Shown in pieces: positions 16,891 to 27,092 of a stretch of 37,101 bases of DNA. Origin of the DNA: Methanobacteriota archaeon (GTDB lineage: Archaea > Thermoplasmatota > Poseidoniia > MGIII > CG-Epi1); NCBI GenBank assembly GCA_002687355.1, contig NYZZ01000018.1, positions 1 to 37,101 of the forward strand, written 5' to 3'. Both the position numbers and the translations under genes were made by a program. Position 1 is the stretch's first letter. Every line of letters starts with the position of its first letter. The notes below the pieces were generated by a model, which saw nothing but the letters and a program-made list of their open reading frames with translations, did no database searches and was not told the DNA's origin.

Positions 16891-17787
16891 ATGCGTCCTG
16901 AACGTGCGCTACTAAGCAAAATAGTAGATTACGCCGGGCTATTCCCGCCCGCGCAATTGCCGCTAGAAAAAGCAGTGTGTGAATACGCCGCGCACCTTGG
17001 TGAGGAGGAAGCATGGATGCTGGGGCGCTTTATCATTCCTGCACAGCGACTGGAAGAGCTAGAACCGCATCTTGTTATCTTTTCGAAACCGTTGCGTATC
17101 GTTGCATTGGGCAAAGGCGGTCGCTCCGAAGACGAGTATTTAAAAAATCTTAACCAAGACTTAACTGCTATCAAAACCTTCCGCGCCGCTCAAAACACAA
17201 CTATCAGCATCGATAGCTTTGAGGCGCGACTGCCGCCTCTGCCAGTCACCAACACATTCATTGCCAATGTGGCCAACCAATTGCGCGAAGCTGGACTGAA
17301 GCAATCGCACGAATTCGCTGTCGATGGCTGTCTCGAGTCGACCATGGCGGCGCTCGCCGCGGCTGGCGCGGGAGCGAAGCTGCGCTGCGGTGGCGTGACT
17401 GCCGACACCGTTCCGGCGCCCGAACAGGTAGCGCGCTTCATCGTCGCCGCACGTGACGCCGGTGTGCCGGCCAAGTTTACCGCCGGACTGCACCATCCAG
17501 TACGGCATTTCAGCGATGACATCCAGACCGAAATGCATGGTTTCCTGAATCTATATGTCGGTGGAATGCTAGCACACACAACAAACTTCGGATGGCAGGA
17601 GCTGGCTGGCATCATCGCCGACCAGTCACCCGACGCGTTCGCACTGACTGGCGTCGGAGTCGAGTGGCGTGGCCGGCTGGTCCGTAGCGAGGATGCGGCG
17701 CGGCTACGTGAAAACGCGCTGCTTGGACAAGGGAGTTGCTCTTTTGCCGAGCCGGTAGCTGACCTGCGCAATATGGGGTGGCTCTGA
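16891..17787 (+). CDS. Conserved hypothetical protein coupled to fahA
   Basis: DYAGLFPPA, KLRCGG, KFTAGLHHPVR, MHGFLN, GSCSF.EP; TGATG overlap with fahA. Confidence 0.8.
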   Translation: MRPERALLSKIVDYAGLFPPAQLPLEKAVCEYAAHLGEEEAWMLGRFIIPAQRLEELEPHLVIFSKPLRIVALGKGGRSEDEYLKNLNQDLTAIKTFRAAQNTTISIDSFEARLPPLPVTNTFIANVANQLREAGLKQSHEFAVDGCLESTMAALAAAGAGAKLRCGGVTADTVPAPEQVARFIVAARDAGVPAKFTAGLHHPVRHFSDDIQTEMHGFLNLYVGGMLAHTTNFGWQELAGIIADQSPDAFALTGVGVEWRGRLVRSEDAARLRENALLGQGSCSFAEPVADLRNMGWL

Positions 17788-19064
17788 TGGCTAGCGAAGC
17801 TAACAACCCAGCGTTGCGGTCATGGATTGAAGTTGAGACGAATTCACACTTTCCAATCCAGAACTTGCCATTCGGAATTTGCCGCTCCCCTGCCGGGGGC
17901 GATCTGCACGTCTGTTCTGCCATTGGGGAGTTCGTTATCGACCTAGCAGCGCTAGACGAGGTCGGAGCTTTCGATGACACACCAGTCGCCGGCACCGAAG
18001 TATTTCATGAACCGACGCTGAACGCTTTCATGGCGCTCGGCCGAGAAGCGTGGTCGGCAACCCGGCAGGCGCTGAGCCAGTTACTGCGCGACGATTGCGA
18101 CGAGCTACGCGATAATACTGAACTGTGCGGACGAGCGCTGCAGCCTGCCAACGAAATAGAGCTACAACTGCCAGTAGATGTCGGTGACTACACCGACTTT
18201 TACTCATCTCGTGAGCACGCTACTAACGTCGGGACTCTATTCCGTGGCGCCGATAACGCACTGCTGCCAAACTGGCTGCACCTCCCTGTTGGCTACCACG
18301 GCCGCTCTTCCTCAATTGTCGTCAGCGGCGCCCCAGTGCGACGACCGCAAGGGCAAACGCGTCCCGATGATAAACAACCTCCCGTGTTTGGTACCAGTAA
18401 CATGGTCGACTTCGAGCTGGAGATGGGGTTCTTTGTCGGTCCTGGCAACGTGCTCGGCAAACCTGTTCCCGTCGGCGAAGCAGAGGAGCACATCTTCGGG
18501 ATGGTACTGGTCAATGACTGGTCAGCGCGCGACATCCAGAAGTGGGAATACCAACCGCTCGGCCCCTTCCTAGCGAAGAACTTTGCGACAACCGTCTCGC
18601 CTTGGGTCGTGACGCTAGATGCACTGGAGCCATTCCGCTGTCGCGGCCCTGAGCAAGAGCCACGACCGCTGGCCTATCTTCAGTGCAACGACGGTGCGTT
18701 CGATATTGCCCTGGAAGTGTGGCTGACGCCTGACGGGGCAACAGCAACGCGAATCTGTGAGAGCAATTTCCGTTATCTTTACTGGTCAATGGCGCAGCAA
18801 CTAGCGCACCATACTGTCGGCGGCTGCAATCTGCGTACTGGTGACCTGCTCGCTTCCGGCACTATTTCAGGGCAAACTAATGGCAGTCGGGGTTCACTAC
18901 TCGAACTTGCGTGGCGTGGAGAGGAACCACTGAGCCTCGATTCGGGCGAGCAACGCAGCTCGGTGCAGGACGGAGATACCGTTACGCTGACCGGCTGGTG
19001 TCAAGGCGACGGCTACCGCATCGGTTTCGGCGAGTGTTCTGGCCAGCTGCTGACCGCACACTGA
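17787..19064 (+). CDS. fahA: Fumarylacetoacetase
   Basis: FPIQNLPFG, DYTDFYSS.EHA, YHGRSSS, DFELE, NDWSARDIQ.WE..PLGPF, SGTISG. Confidence 0.97.
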   Translation: MASEANNPALRSWIEVETNSHFPIQNLPFGICRSPAGGDLHVCSAIGEFVIDLAALDEVGAFDDTPVAGTEVFHEPTLNAFMALGREAWSATRQALSQLLRDDCDELRDNTELCGRALQPANEIELQLPVDVGDYTDFYSSREHATNVGTLFRGADNALLPNWLHLPVGYHGRSSSIVVSGAPVRRPQGQTRPDDKQPPVFGTSNMVDFELEMGFFVGPGNVLGKPVPVGEAEEHIFGMVLVNDWSARDIQKWEYQPLGPFLAKNFATTVSPWVVTLDALEPFRCRGPEQEPRPLAYLQCNDGAFDIALEVWLTPDGATATRICESNFRYLYWSMAQQLAHHTVGGCNLRTGDLLASGTISGQTNGSRGSLLELAWRGEEPLSLDSGEQRSSVQDGDTVTLTGWCQGDGYRIGFGECSGQLLTAH

Positions 19065-19097
19065 CCCTTCGCGCGTAAGGCGCGTTCGAGCTAGCGC

Positions 19098-19106
19098 TTA
19101 TATAAA
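19098..19106 (+). promoter_or_regulatory. TATA box of aglB
   Basis: TTATATAAA, an archaeal consensus match in a GC-rich intergenic gap. Confidence 0.7.
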
Positions 19107-19159
19107 CCAGCGAGTGGCGCCCCTTCCGGCCGCCTCGGGCAGCCGGCGCAGGACTCAAC

Positions 19160-22100
19160 ATGGCTCGTCGCACGCGTAGGCGCCGTGAGAGCGCACGCAG
19201 TCGCCCGCTACTACATCCCAGCGCAGCTGCCGCCGTCACACCGACTGCTACGCCAGTCCGAACGCGTGAACCGGTCGAACCGCTCCACTGGCCCAGTGTA
19301 CTATCGCTACTCGGTATTTTCCTGCTCGCACTCACGCTGCGGACTGCCTGGACACTTGAGCCAGCGACCGCCGACGGCTTCCAGCTAACTGGAGGCAGCG
19401 ACCCATACTACCACAAGTGGGTGGTTGACCATGTCAGCGCGACTGGCGAGCACCTAGTCCACGATGATATGCTCAACTACCCCTATGGGGCGAACAACAA
19501 CCGGCCGCCGCTCTTCGACTGGTCCATTGCCATTGCGGGGCTAGCGCTGGCGCCCTTCTTCGGTGACGTTGAGGAGTCGACCTGGTGGGCGATGGAGGTG
19601 CTGCCCGCAATCTACGGTGCACTCATTGTCTTTCCCATTTACGCTATCGGTCGTGCACAGTTCGGCCGGCAAGCGGGACTACTAGCAGCGCTCTTCATTG
19701 CAGCCAACTCAGGGCATATTTCGCACTCGACCCTCTCGCTGGCTGATCACGACTCCTACATCGCGTTCTTTGGAACCTGCGCCTTCTTTTTCTTCATGCG
19801 AGCGCTCACTGAAGGGGGCGATGCCCGCTGGATTGCAGACTGGCGCTCTGTCGAGAGTGTCCGCAGTGGCTTCGCAAACTTCCTGCACTCCGAGCGGCTG
19901 GCGCTCGGCTACGCTGGACTTACGGGCATGACTTTGGCGCTGATTGCGCTAAGTTGGAAGGGATTTCCCTACCTGATGGTCATCATCGCCACCTATCTAG
20001 TACTGCAAATGGTCGTCAACCAGTTTCGAAGAGTCGACAGCCTGACCACTGCGATGCTCGGTATTGTCGCACTTTCGCTGCCACTCCTGATCTCATTTCC
20101 CTACTACCACCATATGGGGTTCATCGAAACCTGGTGGGACGCACCTGCCTACGTCCTGCTCGCCTTTATCGGCGCATCGGCACTGCTGGTGCCAACACGG
20201 GACCTGCCGTGGCTGCTGGTGCTAGGTGGCACTGCCACAGTCGCTACCATCGGTTACCTGCTGCTCACCTATGTCTTCACCGAACTAGGATTTCTGCTCT
20301 TCAGCGGGCAGGGCTACTTCGTCCGTACCAAGCTATTCGACACTATTGCTGAGGCGCAGCCACCCACCTTCGCCAATTTTGTCTTTTCCTTTGGGCCAAT
20401 CTCTGTCTGGTTCGGCTTCTTTGGACTGGCTTGGATGGCATGGCAGCTTTCCGGCGGTCGCACCTGGAAGAAGGACTACCTCTTCATCCTGACATGGTCG
20501 GCGGTTGCACTCTACATGGCGCAGTCCGCCATCCGCTTCATCTTCAACGCTACGCCAGTGATGGCATTGCTCTCGGGCTGGGTCACCTGGCAGCTCATCG
20601 AGCGTGCCGACTTCGGTGCGGTGCTGCAGGCATGGCGGCACTACTGGGGTCGCTATGGGCCGACCGTTTTCTTCCTAGCGCTTGGCTCGCTGTTGACAGG
20701 AGTTCTGTCTATTTTCGTGGTCGGGCTGCTGGAAGGCTTTCTGATTGGTATTCTACTGCTGGCACTGGTGCTGCTCCTCGGCGTCATGGCGGCAGGCGAA
20801 GACCAGTACCGTTTACGTGACCGCCTAAGCGGACTGCGACGCGCGTTCGAGATTAAACGACCGGCAATCGCGTTCGTAGTTGTAGGACTGCTGTTGCTTC
20901 CAAATGGCTTTCAGGGCTACGACGCCGGTATCCCCTACGAATCCAAGAAAGATCATGATACTGCAGTCTACGATTTTCTGCGCTACTCGCTGCTGCGACC
21001 GGATGAGTATCAGTACGCCGAGCGCGCCAATACCACTCTCTATCCTGACGGCGTAGTTGGGATGTATAATCGCACTGATAGCAGCGAGTTGTGGTATCTG
21101 GGGCTCAGTGGCCCGTCTTTCCCGGCCGACTACTGGATTGAGGGGCTAGAGTGGCTGGCGGAGCAGGACACTCACCTGCCGCCCCAGCAGCGACCTGGGT
21201 TCATTTCTTGGTGGGATTACGGCTTTTGGGCCATCGACATCGGAGAGCACCCGACCGTGGCAGACAATTTCCAGTACGGCTACCAGATGGCGGGCAACTT
21301 CATCGCTGCCCAATCAGAACAGGAGGCCATGGCGCTGATACTCTACCGCCTCATTGAACCAGAGGTGGACCGCAAGGGTGACCAGCGTTTCTCACCTCCA
21401 GTACGCGAGGTACTGCTACAGCACTACAGCGAGGATCAAGTGACGCAACTGGAGCATATCATCGCCAACGCGAGCGACTATATCCCTGACGATGACCCGG
21501 AGCTTAACCGACGTAACGCCGCCATCCGCGCCGGACGACCCATCTTGATGTCACAGCCGACCGATGTATTGGCTGACGCCATCTACGGCATCGAACAAGT
21601 GACTGGGCACTCCATTCGCTACTTCGCCGCCGACACGCGCCTTATGCCCTACTCGGCCGATAATACCGGTATCCTCTACGCGCCGGTAACACTCGCCGAT
21701 TACGAAATTGGAGATTTCGTCGAGGTGCAAGCTGTTCTCTCTAACGGCGAAACACTCGGCTTCACCGACGCTACAGAGATGCTGAAGCAGGACCCCACCC
21801 TGACCGTTACCGCACAGGAACTGACCTACAAAGAACGCTTCCTGAACTCTATGTTCTACCGTGCCTTCATCGGCTGGTCTGGTCCTGACCTAGGACGACC
21901 AATCGAAGATGGGATTCCCGGTATCTCCGGTGCGCTGGGTAGCGATCGTAACCTGCCCCCTATCCCGGCCTGGAACCTAACCCATTTCCGGTTGGTCGAG
22001 TTCAATAGCGGACTGCGCATCCTGAAATACTACGACGGCGCTGAAATATCTGGTGTTGTACGTACCCCCGACGGGGCGCCAGTACCGTACGCCAACCTGA

Positions 22101-25100
22101 CGCTAGTCGATGAGCTCCGCACCCCGCACGCGACCACCACCACCGACGACTATGGTCGCTACAGCCTGCTGGCGACTGCCGGTAACCACTCGCTGGCGGT
22201 CTCACTCGGAGGCTGGGAGAGCGACCAGGAAAAACTCTTCCTCACATCCAACAACTTGCTTACCATCCGCGAGTCGCTGCTAATCTCGGAGGCTCAGGCT
22301 ACCCGCCAGACGGATTGGCAAATTGAGTTAGACTTGGAGGTCGAACCGGCCAGCGTCAGCGGTCGACTCTTTTGGGACAAAACCGATGGAGAGCAGCCAC
22401 TCACTGGCGTCAGCGTTACTGCCCGGCAAGAATCTACAGACCGTGAATTCAGTGCGCTTAGCGATGGTGACGGTAACTACGTGCTGGAAGGTCTGGCCCC
22501 GAGTGAATACGTAATCACTGCCGACTACCGCGGTCACACGCTCGAGCTGGCGAGCTACGAGGGCGGTGCTGCGCTGCGTGCAGGACAGGCAGTAACGGCC
22601 GACGGCAGGTTCGCACCGGCACTGGTGTCGGGACGACTAGACTTCTCGCCGGAACTGACAGCGCGCCCGGTAGGGCTAATCCTTCACGACCACACCAACG
22701 GAACACTGATGGAACAGACCACTAGTGGAATGTTCGACTTCGGTGAACTACTTCCGGGCAGTTATACACTACAGCTGCTAGCTGACGACCTGCACAGCGA
22801 GTGGGGTAACAATACCCTGCCACTCGAGCTGGAAGCAGGAGATTTTGTGAGTCAGAACCTGAGTCTAGTGGGCGGCTTCCGACTGGAAGGGGTACTCACC
22901 AGCGGCGGTCAACCAATCTTTGATGAACAAATTTCCATCAAGGAAGTGAGTGGACAGCGCACTGCCGAGGTTTTCAGCACCGCCAGTGGCTATTTCACCA
23001 CAGTTCTACCGCACGGCCTATACGATTTGTACACCTTACAGGAGCATGGCGACGCTGTTACAGTCTATCTGGACCGAGTAGATAGTGAAAGCTATAGCGG
23101 GCCACTGGACGCGAGGCTAGTGGCAGGGAGTCGTGTCAGTGGCACGCTATTCATAGATTTGAACGGTAACGGACTTCACGATCACGACCTAGACGAAAAG
23201 ATAGCTGGTGGCATCTCGGTGCACTTCGACTCGCCCTACGGGAAGATTGAGGTTCCAACCAATTCTTTAGGTGATTACGAAGCGATTCTGCCACAGGGAG
23301 ACTTCACTGCCCACGCACTGAAAATGGACGAGAGGGGCGCGATGGCAGTGTTGCGGGTAATACAGGTGGAATACGGCAGCACGACTGCCGACTTGCCGTT
23401 GCTCCCGGCACAAGACTTGATGGTGCGGCTATATGAACAGCACCTAGGACAGGACCTGCCAGCTGATGGGTTGCTACAGCTGGAAGGCGACGGAGGTAGT
23501 CTCTCTACCTGGGTAACCGAAGCGGGCGGCGCTCTGATTTTGCCGTCAGGCAGCTACCGCCCGACGCTTGAGAAAAACGGCTACCACCTGATCGATGGGG
23601 AACGCTTCCAGCACTACGCAATACAGGAAGTTGTGCTGGAAATAGAGCGCGACCCGGTCGAAGTGAGTGGGCAACTGCTCTACTCCGGTGCGCCCGTAGG
23701 TGAATTCCAGATTAGCTTTATCCCCCTTAGTCAGCCCGAATATTACTATTTAAATTTCAGCACCGACGCATATGGCAATTTTGCGGTGCAACTACCACCC
23801 GACCAGTATCTCTATAGATTCAGCCGCGAAGTCGACGGCGTACGCTATCTAGCAGAGGGGCTGCTAGAACTAGAACTGGCTTCGCCGCCAGTTGCACTCG
23901 GAGTTGTCGAGACGGAGCTAGCGCTACATGTTGCAGGCCACGCCATTGGCGGAGCCGTGTCACAAGGAGGACAGCTGCATTTCACAGATACCGAGGACTC
24001 GGAACGCATTATCACGCTTGAGGCGACTCGCATTGACGGCTTCAATGGATGGGTCCCTCCGGGCGAATGGTGGGTACAATTCAATGATTTTTCGAACAGC
24101 AACCACTGGAGTTGGTTATCGACACTTCAGCTGGATACGCCGGTGGAGTTGGAGTTGGGGTTGACGCAGGGTCACTACCTGCACGGCGCGCTGCTATCGG
24201 GGCCAACTGGCCAAGTAGTCGAGGAGCCAGTAACCCTACAACTCAGCTCACCCGGTGGCACCCTGTTTATCGACGTGGAAGGTGGGGACTTCGATCCGCG
24301 CGATCTGCCGCCCGGCGAATATCTGCTTGATGCTGAACCAGAAGGCTTCCTGCCCTACTCGCAGGCAATCGAAATCGATGGTGCAACCTTCATGACAATA
24401 GAACTTGTGCCTGAGCCGGTCCCTCTGACGCTAAACCTGAGCTACCGCAACGCAAGCGGGAGCAAGCTGCCGCTAGCAGCAGGCATTAATCTAACACTCA
24501 GCCGCGAGGGGTATAGCCAAACCTGGACCACTGACGAGAACGGCAGCTTGACGCTGCCAGAGCTAATCCCAGCACGCTACGACTTGCTTGTCGACGCACA
24601 GCCCGGTGGAGGTGGCGACCGATTCAGCTTAGATCGCAGTCTGAACCTGCGCCCCGGACAAGGACACCAATACTTCGACTACACTGCTAGCTGGGAAGTA
24701 CAGGTGCAGGGTCGTGTGTTCTACGACCGCGACTTTGACGGCAAAACCGATGTAAACGAGCTGCTCCCCGATGCACAGGTCGAGTTTCATGATATGGCAG
24801 GTGCGACGATCATTGCTAGTCTGCAGACCAACGCTAACGGTGACTTCACTACCTGGCTGGTGCCTGGAAATTACTTGCTCTGGACCCGCTCCAGCACGGA
24901 CGCTAGCTACGTACTGCTTGAAACCCTAGAACTTGAAGGCTCTCTTGATCAAGATTTCTCGCTACAGCGTGGAGTCCACTATGCGCCCACCTTCCTGCGT
25001 GGCGACGACGGGAGTCCACTACCGGACCGGACTGTGACAGTCAGTGGCGGCCCAACGCCACTCGAGCTGCAGGCCAGCGACGGCACTCTCGAGCTACTGC

Positions 25101-26008
25101 TACCGGCAGGCGAGTATCATTTGGAGGCTGAATGGACCGAGCTGGAGTCTAGCCCCGACTGGATTTACGTTCTGGACCGCGATGAAACACTGACGCTGGA
25201 ACGCGACGGCGAGGTGTCGACTATCGAGCTGGAGCGGCAGCTGCTCCGAGGGGTCGACATCGTACTTGACCAGCAAATGGCCACGGGCACACTGGGGCAA
25301 TCGATTGACTTCGTGTTCAACTTGACTGGCAGCGGCTACCGCACTACTACCTTCAGCGCCTCGGTCTCGGACGCGCCAGCCAACTGGACCGCTAACTTCG
25401 GCTCGGGAGGACAGGTAACCGTTGCACAGGGCGAGACCGTGCAAACGATGTTGACCGTGATTCCCGACGACGGAGTCGTGCCTGGTGCATTCACCTGGTG
25501 GCAGGTTAGCTTCACCTGGACTGGCAGTGGCGAGCAAGACCCGCTTACCTACAACTACGAGCTACAGGTTATGCCACAGCAGCGACCGGCCCCTGATTTC
25601 ACAATTAGCGAGGTGACTTGGTCACCCTTTGAGTCTATCGTTACGGGGAGCGAGGTAACGCTGCGCGCGACAGTGCAAAACACCATCCATAATTCCGGGA
25701 CTCACTTTCCGCAGGTGACATTTTACGCGGGTGACGAAATCATCGAGATGACTAGTGCCGAGTTCGACGGTGAAAGCGAGTGGCTAGTCGAGACCACCTG
25801 GACGGCTGATGAGGGAAACACCGTAATTCGAGTTATGATCGACCCCGAGTCGCTGTTCGAGGAGCAAGATGAGACAAACAATGAACAACTGCTGACGCTG
25901 GCCGTCTACACACCAGTCGAAGAGAGTGAGGAGACGCCTTGGATACTAGGAGCTGCTGTCGTGCTGCTGCTAATGATTGCCTACTTCGCGTTCCGGTTAC
26001 GTCGCTAG
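19160..26008 (+). CDS. aglB: Oligosaccharyltransferase AglB/STT3 with long C-terminal beta-sandwich extension, CARDB-like domain and terminal TM anchor
   Basis: DPYYH, ADHD, TIAE, SWWDYG, ADNFQ; repeated (V/I)SG...G.(Y/F)...L.PG.Y units; PDF.I...IDP....E.DETNN; final TM helix + RLRR. Confidence 0.93.
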   Translation: MARRTRRRRESARSRPLLHPSAAAAVTPTATPVRTREPVEPLHWPSVLSLLGIFLLALTLRTAWTLEPATADGFQLTGGSDPYYHKWVVDHVSATGEHLVHDDMLNYPYGANNNRPPLFDWSIAIAGLALAPFFGDVEESTWWAMEVLPAIYGALIVFPIYAIGRAQFGRQAGLLAALFIAANSGHISHSTLSLADHDSYIAFFGTCAFFFFMRALTEGGDARWIADWRSVESVRSGFANFLHSERLALGYAGLTGMTLALIALSWKGFPYLMVIIATYLVLQMVVNQFRRVDSLTTAMLGIVALSLPLLISFPYYHHMGFIETWWDAPAYVLLAFIGASALLVPTRDLPWLLVLGGTATVATIGYLLLTYVFTELGFLLFSGQGYFVRTKLFDTIAEAQPPTFANFVFSFGPISVWFGFFGLAWMAWQLSGGRTWKKDYLFILTWSAVALYMAQSAIRFIFNATPVMALLSGWVTWQLIERADFGAVLQAWRHYWGRYGPTVFFLALGSLLTGVLSIFVVGLLEGFLIGILLLALVLLLGVMAAGEDQYRLRDRLSGLRRAFEIKRPAIAFVVVGLLLLPNGFQGYDAGIPYESKKDHDTAVYDFLRYSLLRPDEYQYAERANTTLYPDGVVGMYNRTDSSELWYLGLSGPSFPADYWIEGLEWLAEQDTHLPPQQRPGFISWWDYGFWAIDIGEHPTVADNFQYGYQMAGNFIAAQSEQEAMALILYRLIEPEVDRKGDQRFSPPVREVLLQHYSEDQVTQLEHIIANASDYIPDDDPELNRRNAAIRAGRPILMSQPTDVLADAIYGIEQVTGHSIRYFAADTRLMPYSADNTGILYAPVTLADYEIGDFVEVQAVLSNGETLGFTDATEMLKQDPTLTVTAQELTYKERFLNSMFYRAFIGWSGPDLGRPIEDGIPGISGALGSDRNLPPIPAWNLTHFRLVEFNSGLRILKYYDGAEISGVVRTPDGAPVPYANLTLVDELRTPHATTTTDDYGRYSLLATAGNHSLAVSLGGWESDQEKLFLTSNNLLTIRESLLISEAQATRQTDWQIELDLEVEPASVSGRLFWDKTDGEQPLTGVSVTARQESTDREFSALSDGDGNYVLEGLAPSEYVITADYRGHTLELASYEGGAALRAGQAVTADGRFAPALVSGRLDFSPELTARPVGLILHDHTNGTLMEQTTSGMFDFGELLPGSYTLQLLADDLHSEWGNNTLPLELEAGDFVSQNLSLVGGFRLEGVLTSGGQPIFDEQISIKEVSGQRTAEVFSTASGYFTTVLPHGLYDLYTLQEHGDAVTVYLDRVDSESYSGPLDARLVAGSRVSGTLFIDLNGNGLHDHDLDEKIAGGISVHFDSPYGKIEVPTNSLGDYEAILPQGDFTAHALKMDERGAMAVLRVIQVEYGSTTADLPLLPAQDLMVRLYEQHLGQDLPADGLLQLEGDGGSLSTWVTEAGGALILPSGSYRPTLEKNGYHLIDGERFQHYAIQEVVLEIERDPVEVSGQLLYSGAPVGEFQISFIPLSQPEYYYLNFSTDAYGNFAVQLPPDQYLYRFSREVDGVRYLAEGLLELELASPPVALGVVETELALHVAGHAIGGAVSQGGQLHFTDTEDSERIITLEATRIDGFNGWVPPGEWWVQFNDFSNSNHWSWLSTLQLDTPVELELGLTQGHYLHGALLSGPTGQVVEEPVTLQLSSPGGTLFIDVEGGDFDPRDLPPGEYLLDAEPEGFLPYSQAIEIDGATFMTIELVPEPVPLTLNLSYRNASGSKLPLAAGINLTLSREGYSQTWTTDENGSLTLPELIPARYDLLVDAQPGGGGDRFSLDRSLNLRPGQGHQYFDYTASWEVQVQGRVFYDRDFDGKTDVNELLPDAQVEFHDMAGATIIASLQTNANGDFTTWLVPGNYLLWTRSSTDASYVLLETLELEGSLDQDFSLQRGVHYAPTFLRGDDGSPLPDRTVTVSGGPTPLELQASDGTLELLLPAGEYHLEAEWTELESSPDWIYVLDRDETLTLERDGEVSTIELERQLLRGVDIVLDQQMATGTLGQSIDFVFNLTGSGYRTTTFSASVSDAPANWTANFGSGGQVTVAQGETVQTMLTVIPDDGVVPGAFTWWQVSFTWTGSGEQDPLTYNYELQVMPQQRPAPDFTISEVTWSPFESIVTGSEVTLRATVQNTIHNSGTHFPQVTFYAGDEIIEMTSAEFDGESEWLVETTWTADEGNTVIRVMIDPESLFEEQDETNNEQLLTLAVYTPVEESEETPWILGAAVVLLLMIAYFAFRLRR

Positions 26009-26133
26009 GAAATCGTAAGTTCCTTGACTTCGTAGTTCTCCGCGCGCTTGTCGATGTACTCAATAAGGTCGGAAACGTGCGGCGATTCTAGCATAATTTC
26101 GCCACTCTCATGGTCAACAATGCGGAAGGGCAT
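26005..26133 (-). CDS. Small 42-aa hypothetical protein (absent from ORF track)
   Basis: MPFRIVDHESGEIMLESPHVSDLIEYIDKRAENYEVKELTIS; fills the aglB-thyA gap, has an upstream TATA and shares CTAG with the aglB stop. Confidence 0.7.
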   Translation of the reverse strand: MPFRIVDHESGEIMLESPHVSDLIEYIDKRAENYEVKELTIS

Positions 26134-26150
26134 GAGCCCCCTTACATCGA

Positions 26151-26162
26151 TTATTATATATT
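26151..26162 (-). promoter_or_regulatory. TATA box for the 42-aa ORF
   Basis: Reads AATATATAATAA on the minus strand, 18-29 nt upstream of ATG 26133. Confidence 0.6.
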
Positions 26163-26213
26163 GGTTTCGAATTTCACGCCCAATTCCTTAATTCCGCTAT
26201 GATATGGGGGGGC

Positions 26214-27092
26214 GTGAGGCAGTATCTGGAGCTGGTAAAGGAAGTCCTCAACCGAGGAACACGCAAGGCAAACCGTACTGGCGTCGATACCGTTTCAGCA
26301 TTCAATATCAACTACTCTGTCGATATGGAAAGTGGTTTTCCGCTACTGACAACCAAAAAAATATCGTGGAAGAACATTGTTGTCGAGAATCTCTGGTTCC
26401 TCTCGGGCGACCTGCATATCGGGCTAATGCAAAAGCACGGATGTAAAATCTGGGATCCGTGGGCCGATGACGCAGGCTACGTGCCGAGCGCCTACGGGAA
26501 TTTCTGGCGCAACTTTCCGGTCCACGACGGTGACCATGCTAGCTTCAACGACCAAGTGCGCTACGTGCTGCAGACATTGCGTGAAAGTCCTGACAGCCGG
26601 CGCATGGTCATCTCAGCTTGGGCACCTGGTAACGCGCAGAGTAGCGCACTGCCACCCTGCCACCTCATGTTCATTTTCAACGTCCAGTACACTGAAACAG
26701 GTGAGCCTAGGCTCTGCCTGCACCTCACGCAACGTAGCTGTGATGTTGCGCTAGGGGTGCCGTACAATATTGCCGGCTATGCATTCCTGCTCCACCTTTT
26801 CGCTCATTTAGTGGGAATTCAGCCCGGCATCTTCGGTCACTCGCTAGTCGATGCGCACATTTACACTGCCAAGCCAGACGGTTCGATGGCCGAATACGAC
26901 CACGTTCCGGGACTGCAAGAGCAGCTGCTGCGTGAACCGCGACCGCGACCGCAACTCACAATCAACCCGGCGCTTGCAACGTTCGATGACGTGCTAGCAC
27001 TATGCGACGCCGACCTTGAGTCAATTCTAGCTGCATTCCGGATTGATGACTATGATCCACACCCTGCCATTGCCTTCAAGGTCGCAGTGTGA
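26214..27092 (+). CDS. thyA: Thymidylate synthase
   Basis: QYLEL, RTGVDT, FPLLTTK, ALPPCH, QRSCD, GVPYN, AHIY. GTG 26214 preferred by family N-terminus (MxQYL). Confidence 0.96.
   Translation: MRQYLELVKEVLNRGTRKANRTGVDTVSAFNINYSVDMESGFPLLTTKKISWKNIVVENLWFLSGDLHIGLMQKHGCKIWDPWADDAGYVPSAYGNFWRNFPVHDGDHASFNDQVRYVLQTLRESPDSRRMVISAWAPGNAQSSALPPCHLMFIFNVQYTETGEPRLCLHLTQRSCDVALGVPYNIAGYAFLLHLFAHLVGIQPGIFGHSLVDAHIYTAKPDGSMAEYDHVPGLQEQLLREPRPRPQLTINPALATFDDVLALCDADLESILAAFRIDDYDPHPAIAFKVAV

Noticed and set aside
26005-26133. Small ORF as RNA polymerase subunit Rpo12 or a zinc-ribbon ribosomal protein
   Set aside because: It has no cysteines and is acidic rather than basic.
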